A DNA stretch of 64,000 nt, taken from positions 25,438-89,437 of the forward strand of contig JBGQFO010000002.1 of the NCBI GenBank assembly GCA_041496945.1, written 5' to 3'. Under the pieces are notes generated by a model. That model ran no database searches, had not been told where the DNA came from, and saw only the letters and a list, made by a program, of their open reading frames with translations. Both the position numbers and the translations under genes were made by a program. Positions 54,595-63,880 of this stretch are shown here, in pieces (within the stretch, counting starts at the first letter, position 1; each line of letters opens with the position of its first letter). The DNA is from Candidatus Limnocylindria bacterium (GTDB lineage: Bacteria; Chloroflexota; Limnocylindria; P2-11E).

Positions 54595-55535
54595 GCGGGC
54601 GCACGCGGGAGGCCGCGGAGCGCTTCACGAGCGACGTCCACCGCGTGATCGTCGGCCAGGACGAGACCATCCGGCTCGCCTTCATCGCGCTCGTCCTCGG
54701 CGGCCACGTCCTCATCGAAGGCGTCCCCGGCACGGCGAAGACGCTCCTCGCGCGCACCATCGCGCGGCTCATCGGTGGGACCTTCAAGCGGATCCAGTTC
54801 ACGCCCGACCTCATGCCAAGCGATATCGTCGGCACTTCGGTGTACGAGCTCTCGACGAGCTCGTTCCGCATCAAGGAGGGCGCGATCTTCGCCAACGTGG
54901 TGCTCGCGGATGAGGTGAACCGGGCGCCGGCCAAGGCGCAGGCCGCGCTCCTCGAGGCGATGGAGGAGAAGCAGGTCACGCTCGAGGGAGACGCGCGACC
55001 GCTTCCGCACCCGTTCCTCGTGCTCGCGACGCAGAACCCGGTCGAATACGAGGGCACGTACCCGCTGCCCGAGGCCGAGCTCGACCGCTTCCTGTTCAAG
55101 GCCGTGGTGCGATACCCCGAGGCGGCCCAGGAGCGCGACATCCTGCGCGCGCACGACAAGGGGCGGCCGGAGGCGCTCGTCGCGACGCTCGAGCCGCTCG
55201 GCGCGGGCACGCTCGACGCCTGTAGCGCGGAGGTCGAGGCCGTGCGGGTGGAGGACTCGGTCCTCGACTACGTCGTGCGCATCGTCGAGGAGTCGCGGCG
55301 CTCGCCCGACCTCATCCTCGGGGCCTCCCCGCGGGCCGGTGTGCACCTGCTGCGCGCGGCCAAGACGGCGGCGGCGATCGACGGCCGCGACTTCGTCACA
55401 CCGGACGACGTGAAGACGTTGGCCATCCCCACGCTCCGGCACCGCGTCGTGCTGCGCGCCGAGGCCGAGATCGAGGGGCTCGACGCCGATGCGGTCTGTA
55501 GGCGCGTCCTCGCGCGTCTCGACGTCCCACGCTGA
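54591..55535 (+). CDS. moxR: MoxR family AAA+ ATPase.
   Basis: Walker A EGVPGTAKT, Walker B VLADEVNRA, and VLATQNP sensor. 314 aa. GTGA overlap. Confidence 0.9.
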   Translation: MSGRTREAAERFTSDVHRVIVGQDETIRLAFIALVLGGHVLIEGVPGTAKTLLARTIARLIGGTFKRIQFTPDLMPSDIVGTSVYELSTSSFRIKEGAIFANVVLADEVNRAPAKAQAALLEAMEEKQVTLEGDARPLPHPFLVLATQNPVEYEGTYPLPEAELDRFLFKAVVRYPEAAQERDILRAHDKGRPEALVATLEPLGAGTLDACSAEVEAVRVEDSVLDYVVRIVEESRRSPDLILGASPRAGVHLLRAAKTAAAIDGRDFVTPDDVKTLAIPTLRHRVVLRAEAEIEGLDADAVCRRVLARLDVPR

Positions 55536-55624
55536 GCCGCATCCCGCTCCCGCGGCCACGGCTCTTCGCGATCCTCCTCGCCGCGACCGTCCCGCTCGCG
55601 CTCGGTTTCATCTCGGACGTCTTC

Positions 55625-56851
55625 GTGCTCCTCGCGGTCGCGCTCGTCCTCGCCGCGCTTGTGCTCGCCGCGCTGGACGCCTACAGCACGCCGCGTCCCG
55701 ACCGCGTGCCCATCGCGCGTCTGGCCGACCCACAGCTCTCGATCGGCGTGGGGAACCGGATCGCGCTGCGGGTGGGCAATCCGTTCGCGCGACCGCTCCG
55801 CGCCGTGGTCGTCGATGCGGTCCCGCCGTCGTTCGACGTCGACCGGCGACTCATGCCCGTCGCGATCGCGCCGCACGAGCAGGCCGATCTCGAGTACGTC
55901 ACGCGCCCGCATCACCGCGGCTCCTTCGTCTTCGGGGACGTGCAGCTGCGCGTGCGCGGCCCCCTCGATCTCGTGGAGAAGCAGGGTCGCGTCGCGAGCA
56001 GCGGGCCGGCCAACGTCTACCCCGACCTGCACGAGATCCGCCGCTACGAGGTGACGCTGCGCCGCGGTCTGGCGTACGACGCCGGTCAGCGCCGCGCGCG
56101 CATCCCCGGTGCGGGCACGATCTTCGAGCGGCTGCGCGAGTACACGCCCGATGACGACCCGCGCTCGATCTCGTGGGCCGCGACGGCGCGTCGTGGCCGT
56201 CCGATCACGGTGGAATACGAGACCGAGCGCCAGCAGCGCATCCAGATCCTCCTCGACGCCGGGCGGATGATGTCGAGCACCCTCGGCGGGCTCACGAAGC
56301 TGGACCACGCCGTGAACACCGCGCTCATGCTCAGCTACGTCGCGATCGCGCGCGGCGACGAGGTCGGCCTTCTCGGCTTCGCCGACACGGTGCGCGGGTA
56401 CGCGATCCCGCGCCGCGGACGCCGTCAGTTCCTGCGGCTCACCGAGGAGCTGCGCAAGATCGAGGTCACCACGACCGAGCCCGACTACCGCGCGGCGTTC
56501 GAGTTCCTGCGCGCGCGGTCCGGCCGCCGTTCCCTGGTGGTGCTCTTCACCGACCTCGTCGACGAAGAGGCCTCGCGCGGGCTCGTCGCCGCGGTCACGC
56601 GGCTCGCCGGGCACAACCTCGTGCTCTGCTGCCTGCTCGGCGATCCGCAGCTGGCCGAGGTCGCGGCGCGCGTGCCCACGTCCACGACGCAGCTTTTCGA
56701 GAAGGTCGTGGCCGAGGAGGTCCGCGACGCGCGGGCCCGGGCCATCGCGGTGATGCGCCGGCGCGGCGTACACACCATCGACGTCCCCGCGGAGCGCCTG
56801 ACGGTCGCGACGATCCAGCGCTACCTGGAGCTCAAGAAGCGGCTGCTCTAG
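55625..56851 (+). CDS. DUF58 domain protein (the vWA-like MoxR partner). The true start is probably upstream, near 55532.
   Basis: DUF58 core RLREYTPDDDPRSISWAATARRG ... ILLDAGRMM. The frame is open from 55502 and encodes two TM helices (LFAILLAATVPLALGFI, VFVLLAVALVLAALVLAAL) before the first canonical start codon (GTG 55625). A CTG at 55532 overlaps the moxR stop (CTGA). Confidence 0.7.
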   Translation: MLLAVALVLAALVLAALDAYSTPRPDRVPIARLADPQLSIGVGNRIALRVGNPFARPLRAVVVDAVPPSFDVDRRLMPVAIAPHEQADLEYVTRPHHRGSFVFGDVQLRVRGPLDLVEKQGRVASSGPANVYPDLHEIRRYEVTLRRGLAYDAGQRRARIPGAGTIFERLREYTPDDDPRSISWAATARRGRPITVEYETERQQRIQILLDAGRMMSSTLGGLTKLDHAVNTALMLSYVAIARGDEVGLLGFADTVRGYAIPRRGRRQFLRLTEELRKIEVTTTEPDYRAAFEFLRARSGRRSLVVLFTDLVDEEASRGLVAAVTRLAGHNLVLCCLLGDPQLAEVAARVPTSTTQLFEKVVAEEVRDARARAIAVMRRRGVHTIDVPAERLTVATIQRYLELKKRLL

Positions 56852-57821
56852 CCGTCCGTCCGGCGAAGAGGATGTAGCCCCACAGCAACCCGCCGGTGAA
56901 CAGGCCGACGGTCGCCTTCACGATCTCCGAGGCGCCGCTCGGCGACACGAACCCCTCGATGAGCCCGGCGATGCCGAGGACCGGTATCACGAGCAGCATC
57001 ACGCGCGCCGCCTGCGCCGCGCCGAGCCGCAGTGCGTCGCGGCGGCTCCGCTCGCCGGGCCGGAGGATCGCCCACGCCAGACGCAGGCCCGCCCCGCCCG
57101 ACAGGAAGATCGCCGAGAGCTCGAGCACGCCGTGGCCGCTGATGAACGAGAGCAGCCCACCGGTCAGGCCGTAGCCCTGCACGACCGCGAAGATCGTCCC
57201 CAGCATCGCGCCGTTCGCCGCGAGACCGAAGACGGTGAGCGCTCCCGCGGTCATGCCGCCGGCGAAGAGCACGACCGCGACGCGGACGTTGTTCACGATG
57301 ATCAGTGGTCCGGCGATCGGCCGGTATCCCTCGGGGATGTTCGTCCAGAGCTGGCGCTGCGCGAGCTGTTGCCGGGTGTCGTCGGGCAGAGCGTTCTGGG
57401 CGATCTCCGGGAAGGCCAGGCCGATGACGTACGTGCCGAGCGCGAAGACCATGAACACCCCGAACGCCGCACCGGTCCAGGGCAGCTGCGCCCGGACCGT
57501 CGCCGGAAGCTCGTTGAACAGAAACCGCCGTAGACGCCTACCACTGGTCGGTGCTTCGCTGTAGACGAGCGCGTGAGCCGCGGCCACGAGATCGTTCAGC
57601 CGTTCGGTCGCGACGTCGCGCGGGAAGTCACGCCGCGCGATCGCGAGGTCGGACGTCGTCGCCCGATACAGGCGCCCGAGGTCGAGCACCTCGTCCGCGG
57701 ACAGCCGGTTCACGCGCCCACGCGCGCGTGAGACCAGCTGGCCGAGCCGCGCCCAGCGTGCGCGCCGGTCCTCGACGAAGCGGTCGATGGTCACGGCAGG
57801 CGAACGTACCATGACGGCCAT
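56832..57821 (-). CDS. SpoIIM-like (DUF95) polytopic membrane protein.
   Basis: Soluble N-terminal domain of about 110 aa, then about 6 TM segments. A typical member of the RDD/DUF95/DUF4129/DUF4350/MoxR/DUF58 cluster. Convergent 20-nt overlap with the DUF58 gene end. Confidence 0.55.
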   Translation of the reverse strand: MAVMVRSPAVTIDRFVEDRRARWARLGQLVSRARGRVNRLSADEVLDLGRLYRATTSDLAIARRDFPRDVATERLNDLVAAAHALVYSEAPTSGRRLRRFLFNELPATVRAQLPWTGAAFGVFMVFALGTYVIGLAFPEIAQNALPDDTRQQLAQRQLWTNIPEGYRPIAGPLIIVNNVRVAVVLFAGGMTAGALTVFGLAANGAMLGTIFAVVQGYGLTGGLLSFISGHGVLELSAIFLSGGAGLRLAWAILRPGERSRRDALRLGAAQAARVMLLVIPVLGIAGLIEGFVSPSGASEIVKATVGLFTGGLLWGYILFAGRTARAAAS

Positions 57822-58572
57822 GGCGGTCCAGCTTGGCCGTCTCGAGGTCGAGACGCCCGACCACGTGGTGCTGCGTTATGACCTCGCGGGCGGCGGCAAT
57901 CGCGGATTTGCGGCCGTCGTCGACTTCGTGATCGCGTCGCTCGTATTCGCCGGCGCGGGCTACGCCTCGTCGCTCATCGTCGGCCGCCTCGGCGACGCGG
58001 GTGTGCAGCTCCTCGGCGTCATCGGGCTCCTCACGTTCTTCGTCGCCTGGTCGTACTTCGTCCTGCTCGAGTGGCTCTGGCAGGGCCAGACGGTGGGGAA
58101 GCGCCTGTACGGGCTGCGCGTGATCCGCGACGACGGCGCGCCGGCGGGATTCGTCGCGGTGCTCATCCGCAACCTCATCCGGATCGTGGACTTCCTGCCG
58201 GCCTTCTACGGCCTCGGCCTGCTCATGGTCATCGGCACGTCGCGCTCGCAGCGCCTGGGCGATCTAGCGGCCGGCACGTACGTCGTGCGCGCGCCGCGCC
58301 CCCAGCTCGACTACTTCTCGCTCCGGACGATGACACCGGTCGCGGCCGGCGCGGCGGTCGAGACACGCGGGCTCCCCGGTGAGGCGCAGCGCCTGGTGCG
58401 CGAGTTCGTGGCACGTGAGGGGAAGCTCGCGCCGGCCGATCGCCTCCGTGTCGCGCGACAGATCGCCGATCGGGTCCGTCCGTACGCCCGCGATCTCGAG
58501 ACCACGGCCGACGACGTGGAGTTCCTGCGGTCGGTGGCGCGTTCGCTGCGCGCGACCGGTGGGGAGCGCTGA
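57811..58572 (+). CDS. RDD family membrane protein.
   Basis: RDD motif region LEWLWQGQTVGKRLYGLRVIRDDG and 3 TM segments. Its start (ATG 57811 or 57820) overlaps the divergent SpoIIM-like start. Confidence 0.7.
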   Translation: MTAMAVQLGRLEVETPDHVVLRYDLAGGGNRGFAAVVDFVIASLVFAGAGYASSLIVGRLGDAGVQLLGVIGLLTFFVAWSYFVLLEWLWQGQTVGKRLYGLRVIRDDGAPAGFVAVLIRNLIRIVDFLPAFYGLGLLMVIGTSRSQRLGDLAAGTYVVRAPRPQLDYFSLRTMTPVAAGAAVETRGLPGEAQRLVREFVAREGKLAPADRLRVARQIADRVRPYARDLETTADDVEFLRSVARSLRATGGER

Positions 58573-58814
58573 TGGACGACCTGTTCTGGTCGGTGCTGCT
58601 CCTGGCGGGCGTCGCCATCCTGGGCCTGCTCGTCGGCGGCGGCGGGCGCTCGCGCGACGACCTCCGCGCGCGCCGGCGCTGGGATCAGGCCTTCGACTAC
58701 GAGAGCCGCAGGACGTCGCGCACCGACGCCACCGGGATCCTCATGTGCCGCTCGTGCGGCGCGAACGCGTCGGAGCGCGCCGGCCGCTGCCCATCCTGCG
58801 GCGCGACGCTCTGA
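58572..58814 (+). CDS. Small membrane protein with a C-terminal Cys4 zinc ribbon.
   Basis: TM segment VLLLAGVAILGLLVGGG. CRSCG...CPSCG. ATG overlaps the RDD stop (TGATG). Confidence 0.4.
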   Translation: MDDLFWSVLLLAGVAILGLLVGGGGRSRDDLRARRRWDQAFDYESRRTSRTDATGILMCRSCGANASERAGRCPSCGATL

Positions 58815-58823
58815 GACCCCCGG

Positions 58824-59189
58824 TCAGCCGTCGGTCGGGCTGACCGTCGCCTTCTCGGCGTCGAGCTGCTCGACGAGCTTCGGGTACGCGTCGCTCATGC
58901 AGCAGCGGCAGGCCTTGTACCACTCACGCATCCCGTGATCGACCACCGGCAGCTCGTCGGCGTGACCGTGCTCCGCCTCGTGCGCGCCAGCGGCGAGCCA
59001 GGCGTCGACCTTTGGGATGTAGGTCTGCGGCGTCTTCGCGAACTTCACCAGGCAGCCCTGCGAGCAGAACGCGTATTCACGGCCGGCCAGCTCCATCGTG
59101 AGCCCCTGGTCGCGGGCCTCCGCGACGCTCACGATCATGTCGCAGATCGGGTCGAGCAGCTTCGTGGTCGCTGTCACCTGAGCCTCCAT
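58824..59189 (-). CDS. YHS/TRASH domain metal-binding protein (copper chaperone-like), the last gene of the cop operon.
   Basis: DPICDM ... YAFCSQGC (YHS domain) and a His-rich HEAEHGH segment. It lies immediately downstream of copA on the same strand. Confidence 0.6.
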   Translation of the reverse strand: MEAQVTATTKLLDPICDMIVSVAEARDQGLTMELAGREYAFCSQGCLVKFAKTPQTYIPKVDAWLAAGAHEAEHGHADELPVVDHGMREWYKACRCCMSDAYPKLVEQLDAEKATVSPTDG

Positions 59190-59196
59190 CTTTTCA

Positions 59197-61497
59197 TCAG
59201 CGGTCGATCGTCGCGCCGCGCAGGCGCAGCGAATTGGTCACCACGGTCACCGACGACACGGCCATCGCGCCGGCGGCGAAGATCGGCGAGAGGACGATCC
59301 CGAAGAAGGGGAACAGCGCGCCTGCCGCGAGCGGGATGAGCGCGACGTTGTAGAAGAACGCCCAGAAGAGGTTCGTGCGGATGGTCCCCACGGTCTTGCG
59401 TGACAGCCGGAGCGCGCGCGGCGCGCCGCGCGGGTCGCCGCCGACGAGGACGATCCCCGCCGACGCGATCGCGACATCGGTTCCACTCCCGATGGCGATG
59501 CCCAGGTCAGCCTGCGCGAGCGCGGGAGCGTCGTTCACGCCGTCGCCGACCATCGCGACCTTGTGGCCCGCACGCTGGAGGTCCGCGATGATCGCGGCCT
59601 TGCCGTCGGGGCGCACCTCCGCGCGTACGTCGTCGATGCCGAGCGTCCGCGCGATCGCCTCCGCGGTCCGCTTCGTGTCGCCGGAGACGAGGAGCGTGCG
59701 CAGGCCCATCTGCCGGAGATCACGGATGGCTTCGGCGGCCGCGGCGCGCGGCACATCCGCGAGGGCGAGGATGGCGAGCGGCTTCCCGTCGATCGTCGCG
59801 ATGAGCGGCGTCTTGCCGGCGGCCTCGTGGCGGGAGAGCAGGCCGTCCCCAAGGTCGGCGAAGCCGTGCGCGACGGCGAAAGCCCGGTTCCCGACATAGA
59901 CGTCGTGGCCGTCGACGACCGCGTGGACCCCCTGACCGGGGAACGACTCGAAGCGCTCCGGCTCGCTCGGCACCAGGCCACGGTTGCGCGCCGCCTCGAC
60001 GACGGCGCCCGCGAGCGGATGCTCGGACTGCAGCTCCGCGCTCGCGATGAGCCGGATGGATTCCTCCTCCCCGTAATCGGCGCACACGAGGACGTCGGTG
60101 ACCTCGGGCCGTCCGACCGTGAGCGTCCCGGTCTTGTCGAAGGCCACGGTGTCGATGCGCTGCGCCGCCTCGAGCGCCTGCGCGCTCTTGATGAGGATGC
60201 CGCGCGCCGCGCCACGCCCCGTGCCGACCATGATCGCGGTGGGGGTGGCCAGGCCGAGGGCGCAGGGGCAGGCGATGATGAGGACCGCGACGAACGCGGT
60301 GAGCGCGTGCGTGAGCACCGGCGCGGGGCCGAGGAACACCCACGCCAGGAGCGCGAACGTGGCGATGACGAAGACCACCGGGACGAACACCGCCGCGACC
60401 TGATCGACCAGGCGCTGGATCGGCGCCTTCGACGCCTGCGCGTCCTCCACCAGACGCACGATCTGCGCGAGCGTGGTGTCCTGGCCGATGCGCGTCGCGC
60501 GCACCCGCAGCGCGCCGGTGGTGTTCAGCGTGCCGCCGGTGACCTCGTCGCCGGCGTTCTTCTCCACCGGGATCGACTCGCCGGTGAGCATCGATTCGTC
60601 GACGGACGTCGAGCCAGCGAGCACCAGCCCGTCCGTCGCGATCGTCTCGCCCGGGCGAACGAGGACGACGTCCCCGATCTTGAGCTGCTCGATGGGCACG
60701 TCCTCCTCGACGCCGCCGGGGCGCCGCACCCGGGCCGTCTTGGCACCGAGCGCGAGCAGCGCGCGGATCGCGTCACCGGTGTGCGCGCGGGCGCGCGCCT
60801 CCATGAAGCGGCCCGCGAGGACGAGCGCGATGATCACGCTCGAGGTCTCGTAGTAGAGGCTCTGGCGCGGCTCGAGGCCGTTCGCGATGAAGAGGGCGGG
60901 CAGGAACGTCGCGATGACCGAGAGGCCGTACGCGGCGCTCGTACCCACGGCGATGAGCGTGTTCATGTTGCTCGTCCCATGGCGGGCGGCGTTCCAAGCC
61001 GCGCGGTAGAACGGCGCGGCCGCCCAGAGCTGCACCGGCGTGGCGAGAGCGAACATCAGGTAGGGGCGCCATTCGGCCTCCTCGAGGCCGGCCACGAACA
61101 GCGGGGCGACCATCGAGAGGACCATCGTGAGCCCGCCGAGGATGCCGGCCACGATGAGGCGCCGGCGCAGGGAGTCGACGTACCGGACGCGCAGCGCTCG
61201 CTCGTCCTCGACCGCCGAGGCTCGCGCGGCGTCGCCTTGGGGGATGACGAGCGCGCCGTAGCCGGCCCTTGCCACGGCCTTCACCAGGCCGTCCAGGTCG
61301 ATGGTCGCGGGGTCGAGGTGCACGGTGGCGCGCTCGTTCGCGAGGTTCACCTCGGCCGCGGACACGCCCGGCACGCTCTGGAGCGCCTTCTCGACCGAGA
61401 GCACACATGAGGCGCAGGTCATGCCGGTTATCGCGAGCTCGCGCTTCTCGGCGACTCCAGCCGCGGATGGCGTGACGACGGGAACGGCGACGGTCAC
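59197..61497 (-). CDS. copA: Copper-translocating P1B-type ATPase.
   Basis: HMA domain GMTCASC. TM CPC motif [16 protein letters not shown] phosphorylation site. [10 protein letters not shown] hinge. 766 aa. GTG start overlapping the csoR stop (GTGA). Confidence 0.9.
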   Translation of the reverse strand: MTVAVPVVTPSAAGVAEKRELAITGMTCASCVLSVEKALQSVPGVSAAEVNLANERATVHLDPATIDLDGLVKAVARAGYGALVIPQGDAARASAVEDERALRVRYVDSLRRRLIVAGILGGLTMVLSMVAPLFVAGLEEAEWRPYLMFALATPVQLWAAAPFYRAAWNAARHGTSNMNTLIAVGTSAAYGLSVIATFLPALFIANGLEPRQSLYYETSSVIIALVLAGRFMEARARAHTGDAIRALLALGAKTARVRRPGGVEEDVPIEQLKIGDVVLVRPGETIATDGLVLAGSTSVDESMLTGESIPVEKNAGDEVTGGTLNTTGALRVRATRIGQDTTLAQIVRLVEDAQASKAPIQRLVDQVAAVFVPVVFVIATFALLAWVFLGPAPVLTHALTAFVAVLIIACPCALGLATPTAIMVGTGRGAARGILIKSAQALEAAQRIDTVAFDKTGTLTVGRPEVTDVLVCADYGEEESIRLIASAELQSEHPLAGAVVEAARNRGLVPSEPERFESFPGQGVHAVVDGHDVYVGNRAFAVAHGFADLGDGLLSRHEAAGKTPLIATIDGKPLAILALADVPRAAAAEAIRDLRQMGLRTLLVSGDTKRTAEAIARTLGIDDVRAEVRPDGKAAIIADLQRAGHKVAMVGDGVNDAPALAQADLGIAIGSGTDVAIASAGIVLVGGDPRGAPRALRLSRKTVGTIRTNLFWAFFYNVALIPLAAGALFPFFGIVLSPIFAAGAMAVSSVTVVTNSLRLRGATIDR

Positions 61498-61757
61498 TTG
61501 CGGCTCAGCGCGAAGAGCTCGGTGAGCTCGCCGATCATCGCGTCGTTGCGACCTTGCTTGAACCCCGTGGGCACGCAGGTGGAGAGGTGACCGCGCAGCA
61601 GCTCGGCCTCGAACTTCTGGAGCGCGCGCTCGATGGCGAAGGTCTGCTTGAGCACATCCACACAGTAGGTGTCGTCCTGGACCATCTTGCGGATCCCCTT
61701 GATGTGTCCCTCGATCGACGCCAGACGCGTGTCGAGCTCGCCCTTGTCGGCTTTCAT
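61494..61757 (-). CDS. csoR: CsoR/RcnR family copper-sensing transcriptional repressor.
   Basis: [28 protein letters not shown] ... [10 protein letters not shown] carries the conserved Cys-His-Cys ligand set. The start was chosen at ATG 61757, which has a GGGAGG Shine-Dalgarno 5 nt upstream; the ORF-track start 61784 lies inside the operator. Confidence 0.8.
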   Translation of the reverse strand: MKADKGELDTRLASIEGHIKGIRKMVQDDTYCVDVLKQTFAIERALQKFEAELLRGHLSTCVPTGFKQGRNDAMIGELTELFALSRK

Positions 61758-61777
61758 GGTCACCTCCCGGTCAGTCC

Positions 61778-61801
61778 TACCCACCCCCCGGGGGAGGGGT
61801 A
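61778..61801. promoter_or_regulatory. Candidate CsoR operator: GC-rich pseudo-palindrome TACCCACCCCCCGGGGGAGGGGTA.
   Basis: It lies about 20 nt upstream of the csoR start, in the divergent region shared with the Vgb-like lipoprotein gene. It resembles published CsoR operators (TACCC-N-GGGGTA type inverted repeats). Confidence 0.5.
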
Positions 61802-61845
61802 TGGCAGGACGTCATCATACACCAGGCCCTGCGACACTCCCCCGT

Positions 61846-62973
61846 ATGAGCGCGCGTGTGGTGCTCCTGATCGCCACGACCCTCGCCACCGCCTGCACGA
61901 CCGCCACAGGCGGTCCACGGGCGTCTGCCGCACCGGCGTCGGTCGCCATCGTCACCGAGGCCCCCGCGTCGGCGGAGCCGTCGTCGTTCGAGACGCCCGG
62001 CCCGAGCGTGTCACGCCTGGGCCTTTCCGAGTACCCCGTCGGCAAAGGCCAGGGCCCGCACGACGTCGCGCCCGCGGCCGACGGCGGGGTCTGGTACACG
62101 GCGCAGCGCACCGGCGAGCTTGGCCGATTGGATCCGAAGACCGGCGCGTATCGCATGATCAAGCTCGGCGCGGGCTCCGCACCGCACGGGGTGATCGTCG
62201 GCCCAGACGGCAATCCCTGGGTGACCGATGGCGGGCTCAACGCGATCGTGCGGGTCGACGCGAAGACGAGCGAGATCACGCGCTTCCCGCTGCCCGCGGA
62301 CCGGCCGAACGCCAACCTGAACACCGCGACGTTCGACACGAACGGGACGCTCTGGTTCACCGGTCAGAGCGGCGTCTACGGTCGGCTCGACCCGAGGACC
62401 GGCGCGATGGCCGTCTTCGACTCGCCGCGCGGACCCGGTCCGTACGGCATGGCGACGTGCCCGGACGGCAGGGTGTATTACGCGTCGCTCGCGGGCAGCT
62501 TCATCGGTCGGATCGACGTCGCGACGGGCCAGGTCGAGGTCATCGAGCCCCCGACACGAGCGCAGGGCGCGCGCCGCGTGTGGTGCGATACGCGCAGCGG
62601 CGTGTGGATCAGCGAATGGAACACCGGGAGGCTCGCGCTCTACAGTCCGCCTCCGAGCGGGCCTCCCGTCGAGCAGCAGAGCACACCGGTGCCGTCGCCG
62701 GCGCAGCCACCGACCTCGTACGGCTGGATCGAGTGGACGCTTCCCGCATCGCGTCCCATGGCGTACGCGGTCTACGTGGACGACCAGGACATCGTGTGGG
62801 TCACCGACTTCGGCGCGAACGCGCTCCTGCGTTTCGACCCGACCAGCCAGACGTTCACCGCGATACCCCTCAGCGGGCCCGATGCGGCGGTGCGCCAGCT
62901 CCTTGGACGGCCCGGCGAGGTCTGGGGCGCGATGAGCGGCCTGGATAAGCTGCTCGTCGTCCGGACGCGCTGA
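61846..62973 (+). CDS. Lipoprotein with Vgb-like (streptogramin lyase family) / NHL-type beta-propeller repeats.
   Basis: Lipobox LATAC. Repeats of the GPHGVIVGPDGNPWVTD / GVYGRLDP type recur about 6-7 times. 375 aa. Confidence 0.5.
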   Translation: MSARVVLLIATTLATACTTATGGPRASAAPASVAIVTEAPASAEPSSFETPGPSVSRLGLSEYPVGKGQGPHDVAPAADGGVWYTAQRTGELGRLDPKTGAYRMIKLGAGSAPHGVIVGPDGNPWVTDGGLNAIVRVDAKTSEITRFPLPADRPNANLNTATFDTNGTLWFTGQSGVYGRLDPRTGAMAVFDSPRGPGPYGMATCPDGRVYYASLAGSFIGRIDVATGQVEVIEPPTRAQGARRVWCDTRSGVWISEWNTGRLALYSPPPSGPPVEQQSTPVPSPAQPPTSYGWIEWTLPASRPMAYAVYVDDQDIVWVTDFGANALLRFDPTSQTFTAIPLSGPDAAVRQLLGRPGEVWGAMSGLDKLLVVRTR

Positions 62974-63002
62974 GCGCCGAGGCCGCTTAGCCTTCGCGGC
63001 CG

Positions 63003-63833
63003 ATGGTCTGGCTCCCGCTCGCACTGTTCGCCCTCGTCACCTGGTCGGTGCAGCGCGTGGTCACGAAAGTGGCGCTGGTGCGCTGGTCGACGGCACGCTT
63101 CTATCGCTGGAACGCGATCGTCTCACTGCTCGTGTATCTCCCCTTCGCTCTGTTCGTCCCACCAGACCGCGACGCGCTCGGAGCAGCCTTCGCGATGTCG
63201 CTCTACATGGCGGGGGCGTTCTGGGTCGCGACCGAGGCGACCCGGCGCGGTCCGCTGGGTGTCGTGGCGCCACTCACCGCGGCCAGCCCGGCGATCACCG
63301 TGCTCCTCGCGATGCTCTTCCTCGACGAGCGGCCCGGGGCGCTGGCGCTGGCGGGTGTGGCGTGCGCCGTGACCGCGGCGGTCCTCCTGGCGCTGCGTCC
63401 CGCGGCGGCCGCGCTCGGCGGCTGGCTCGCGTTCGCGGTCGCCTCCCTGGCGCTCCAGGGTGTCGGCGCGTTCCTCGCCAAGATCGTCGTCAGTCAGGGC
63501 GGTCCGACAACGCTCCTCGTGACGAGCGTCCTGGTGCAGCTCGTGGTCGGCGCGTTCATCGCACGAGGTGAGCCGGTCGACCTGCGTGCCAGCCTGCGGG
63601 GCACACCGCTCGTCATCACCGTGACGCTCGCGGCTGCGGCCCTCGCGACGATCGGCTACCTCACGGCGCTGTCGGTGGGCCCGGCTTCGCTCGTCGTGCC
63701 GCTCGTCGCGGTCAGCCCCGCCCTCGGCGGCCTCCTGGGCATCCTCGTGCTGAAGGAGCGTGCGTCTCGCCGGCAATACGCCGGGATCGCGGTGGGACTC
63801 ATGGCCATCGTCCTCCTCGCCGGCGCTTCCTGA
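63003..63833 (+). CDS. EamA/DMT superfamily transporter.
   Basis: 10 TM segments with two EamA-like repeats. 276 aa. Confidence 0.6.
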   Translation: MVWLPLALFALVTWSVQRVVTKVALVRWSTARFYRWNAIVSLLVYLPFALFVPPDRDALGAAFAMSLYMAGAFWVATEATRRGPLGVVAPLTAASPAITVLLAMLFLDERPGALALAGVACAVTAAVLLALRPAAAALGGWLAFAVASLALQGVGAFLAKIVVSQGGPTTLLVTSVLVQLVVGAFIARGEPVDLRASLRGTPLVITVTLAAAALATIGYLTALSVGPASLVVPLVAVSPALGGLLGILVLKERASRRQYAGIAVGLMAIVLLAGAS

Positions 63834-63880
63834 GCGCGAGCATTTGACACTGGCGTGACCGACCAGTGGAATGGACGCGC

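Noticed and set aside
61758-61784. GTG start at 61784 for csoR from the ORF track.
   Set aside because: It lies inside the candidate CsoR operator. The downstream ATG at 61757 has a GGGAGG Shine-Dalgarno at 5 nt spacing and yields a typical CsoR of about 87 aa.
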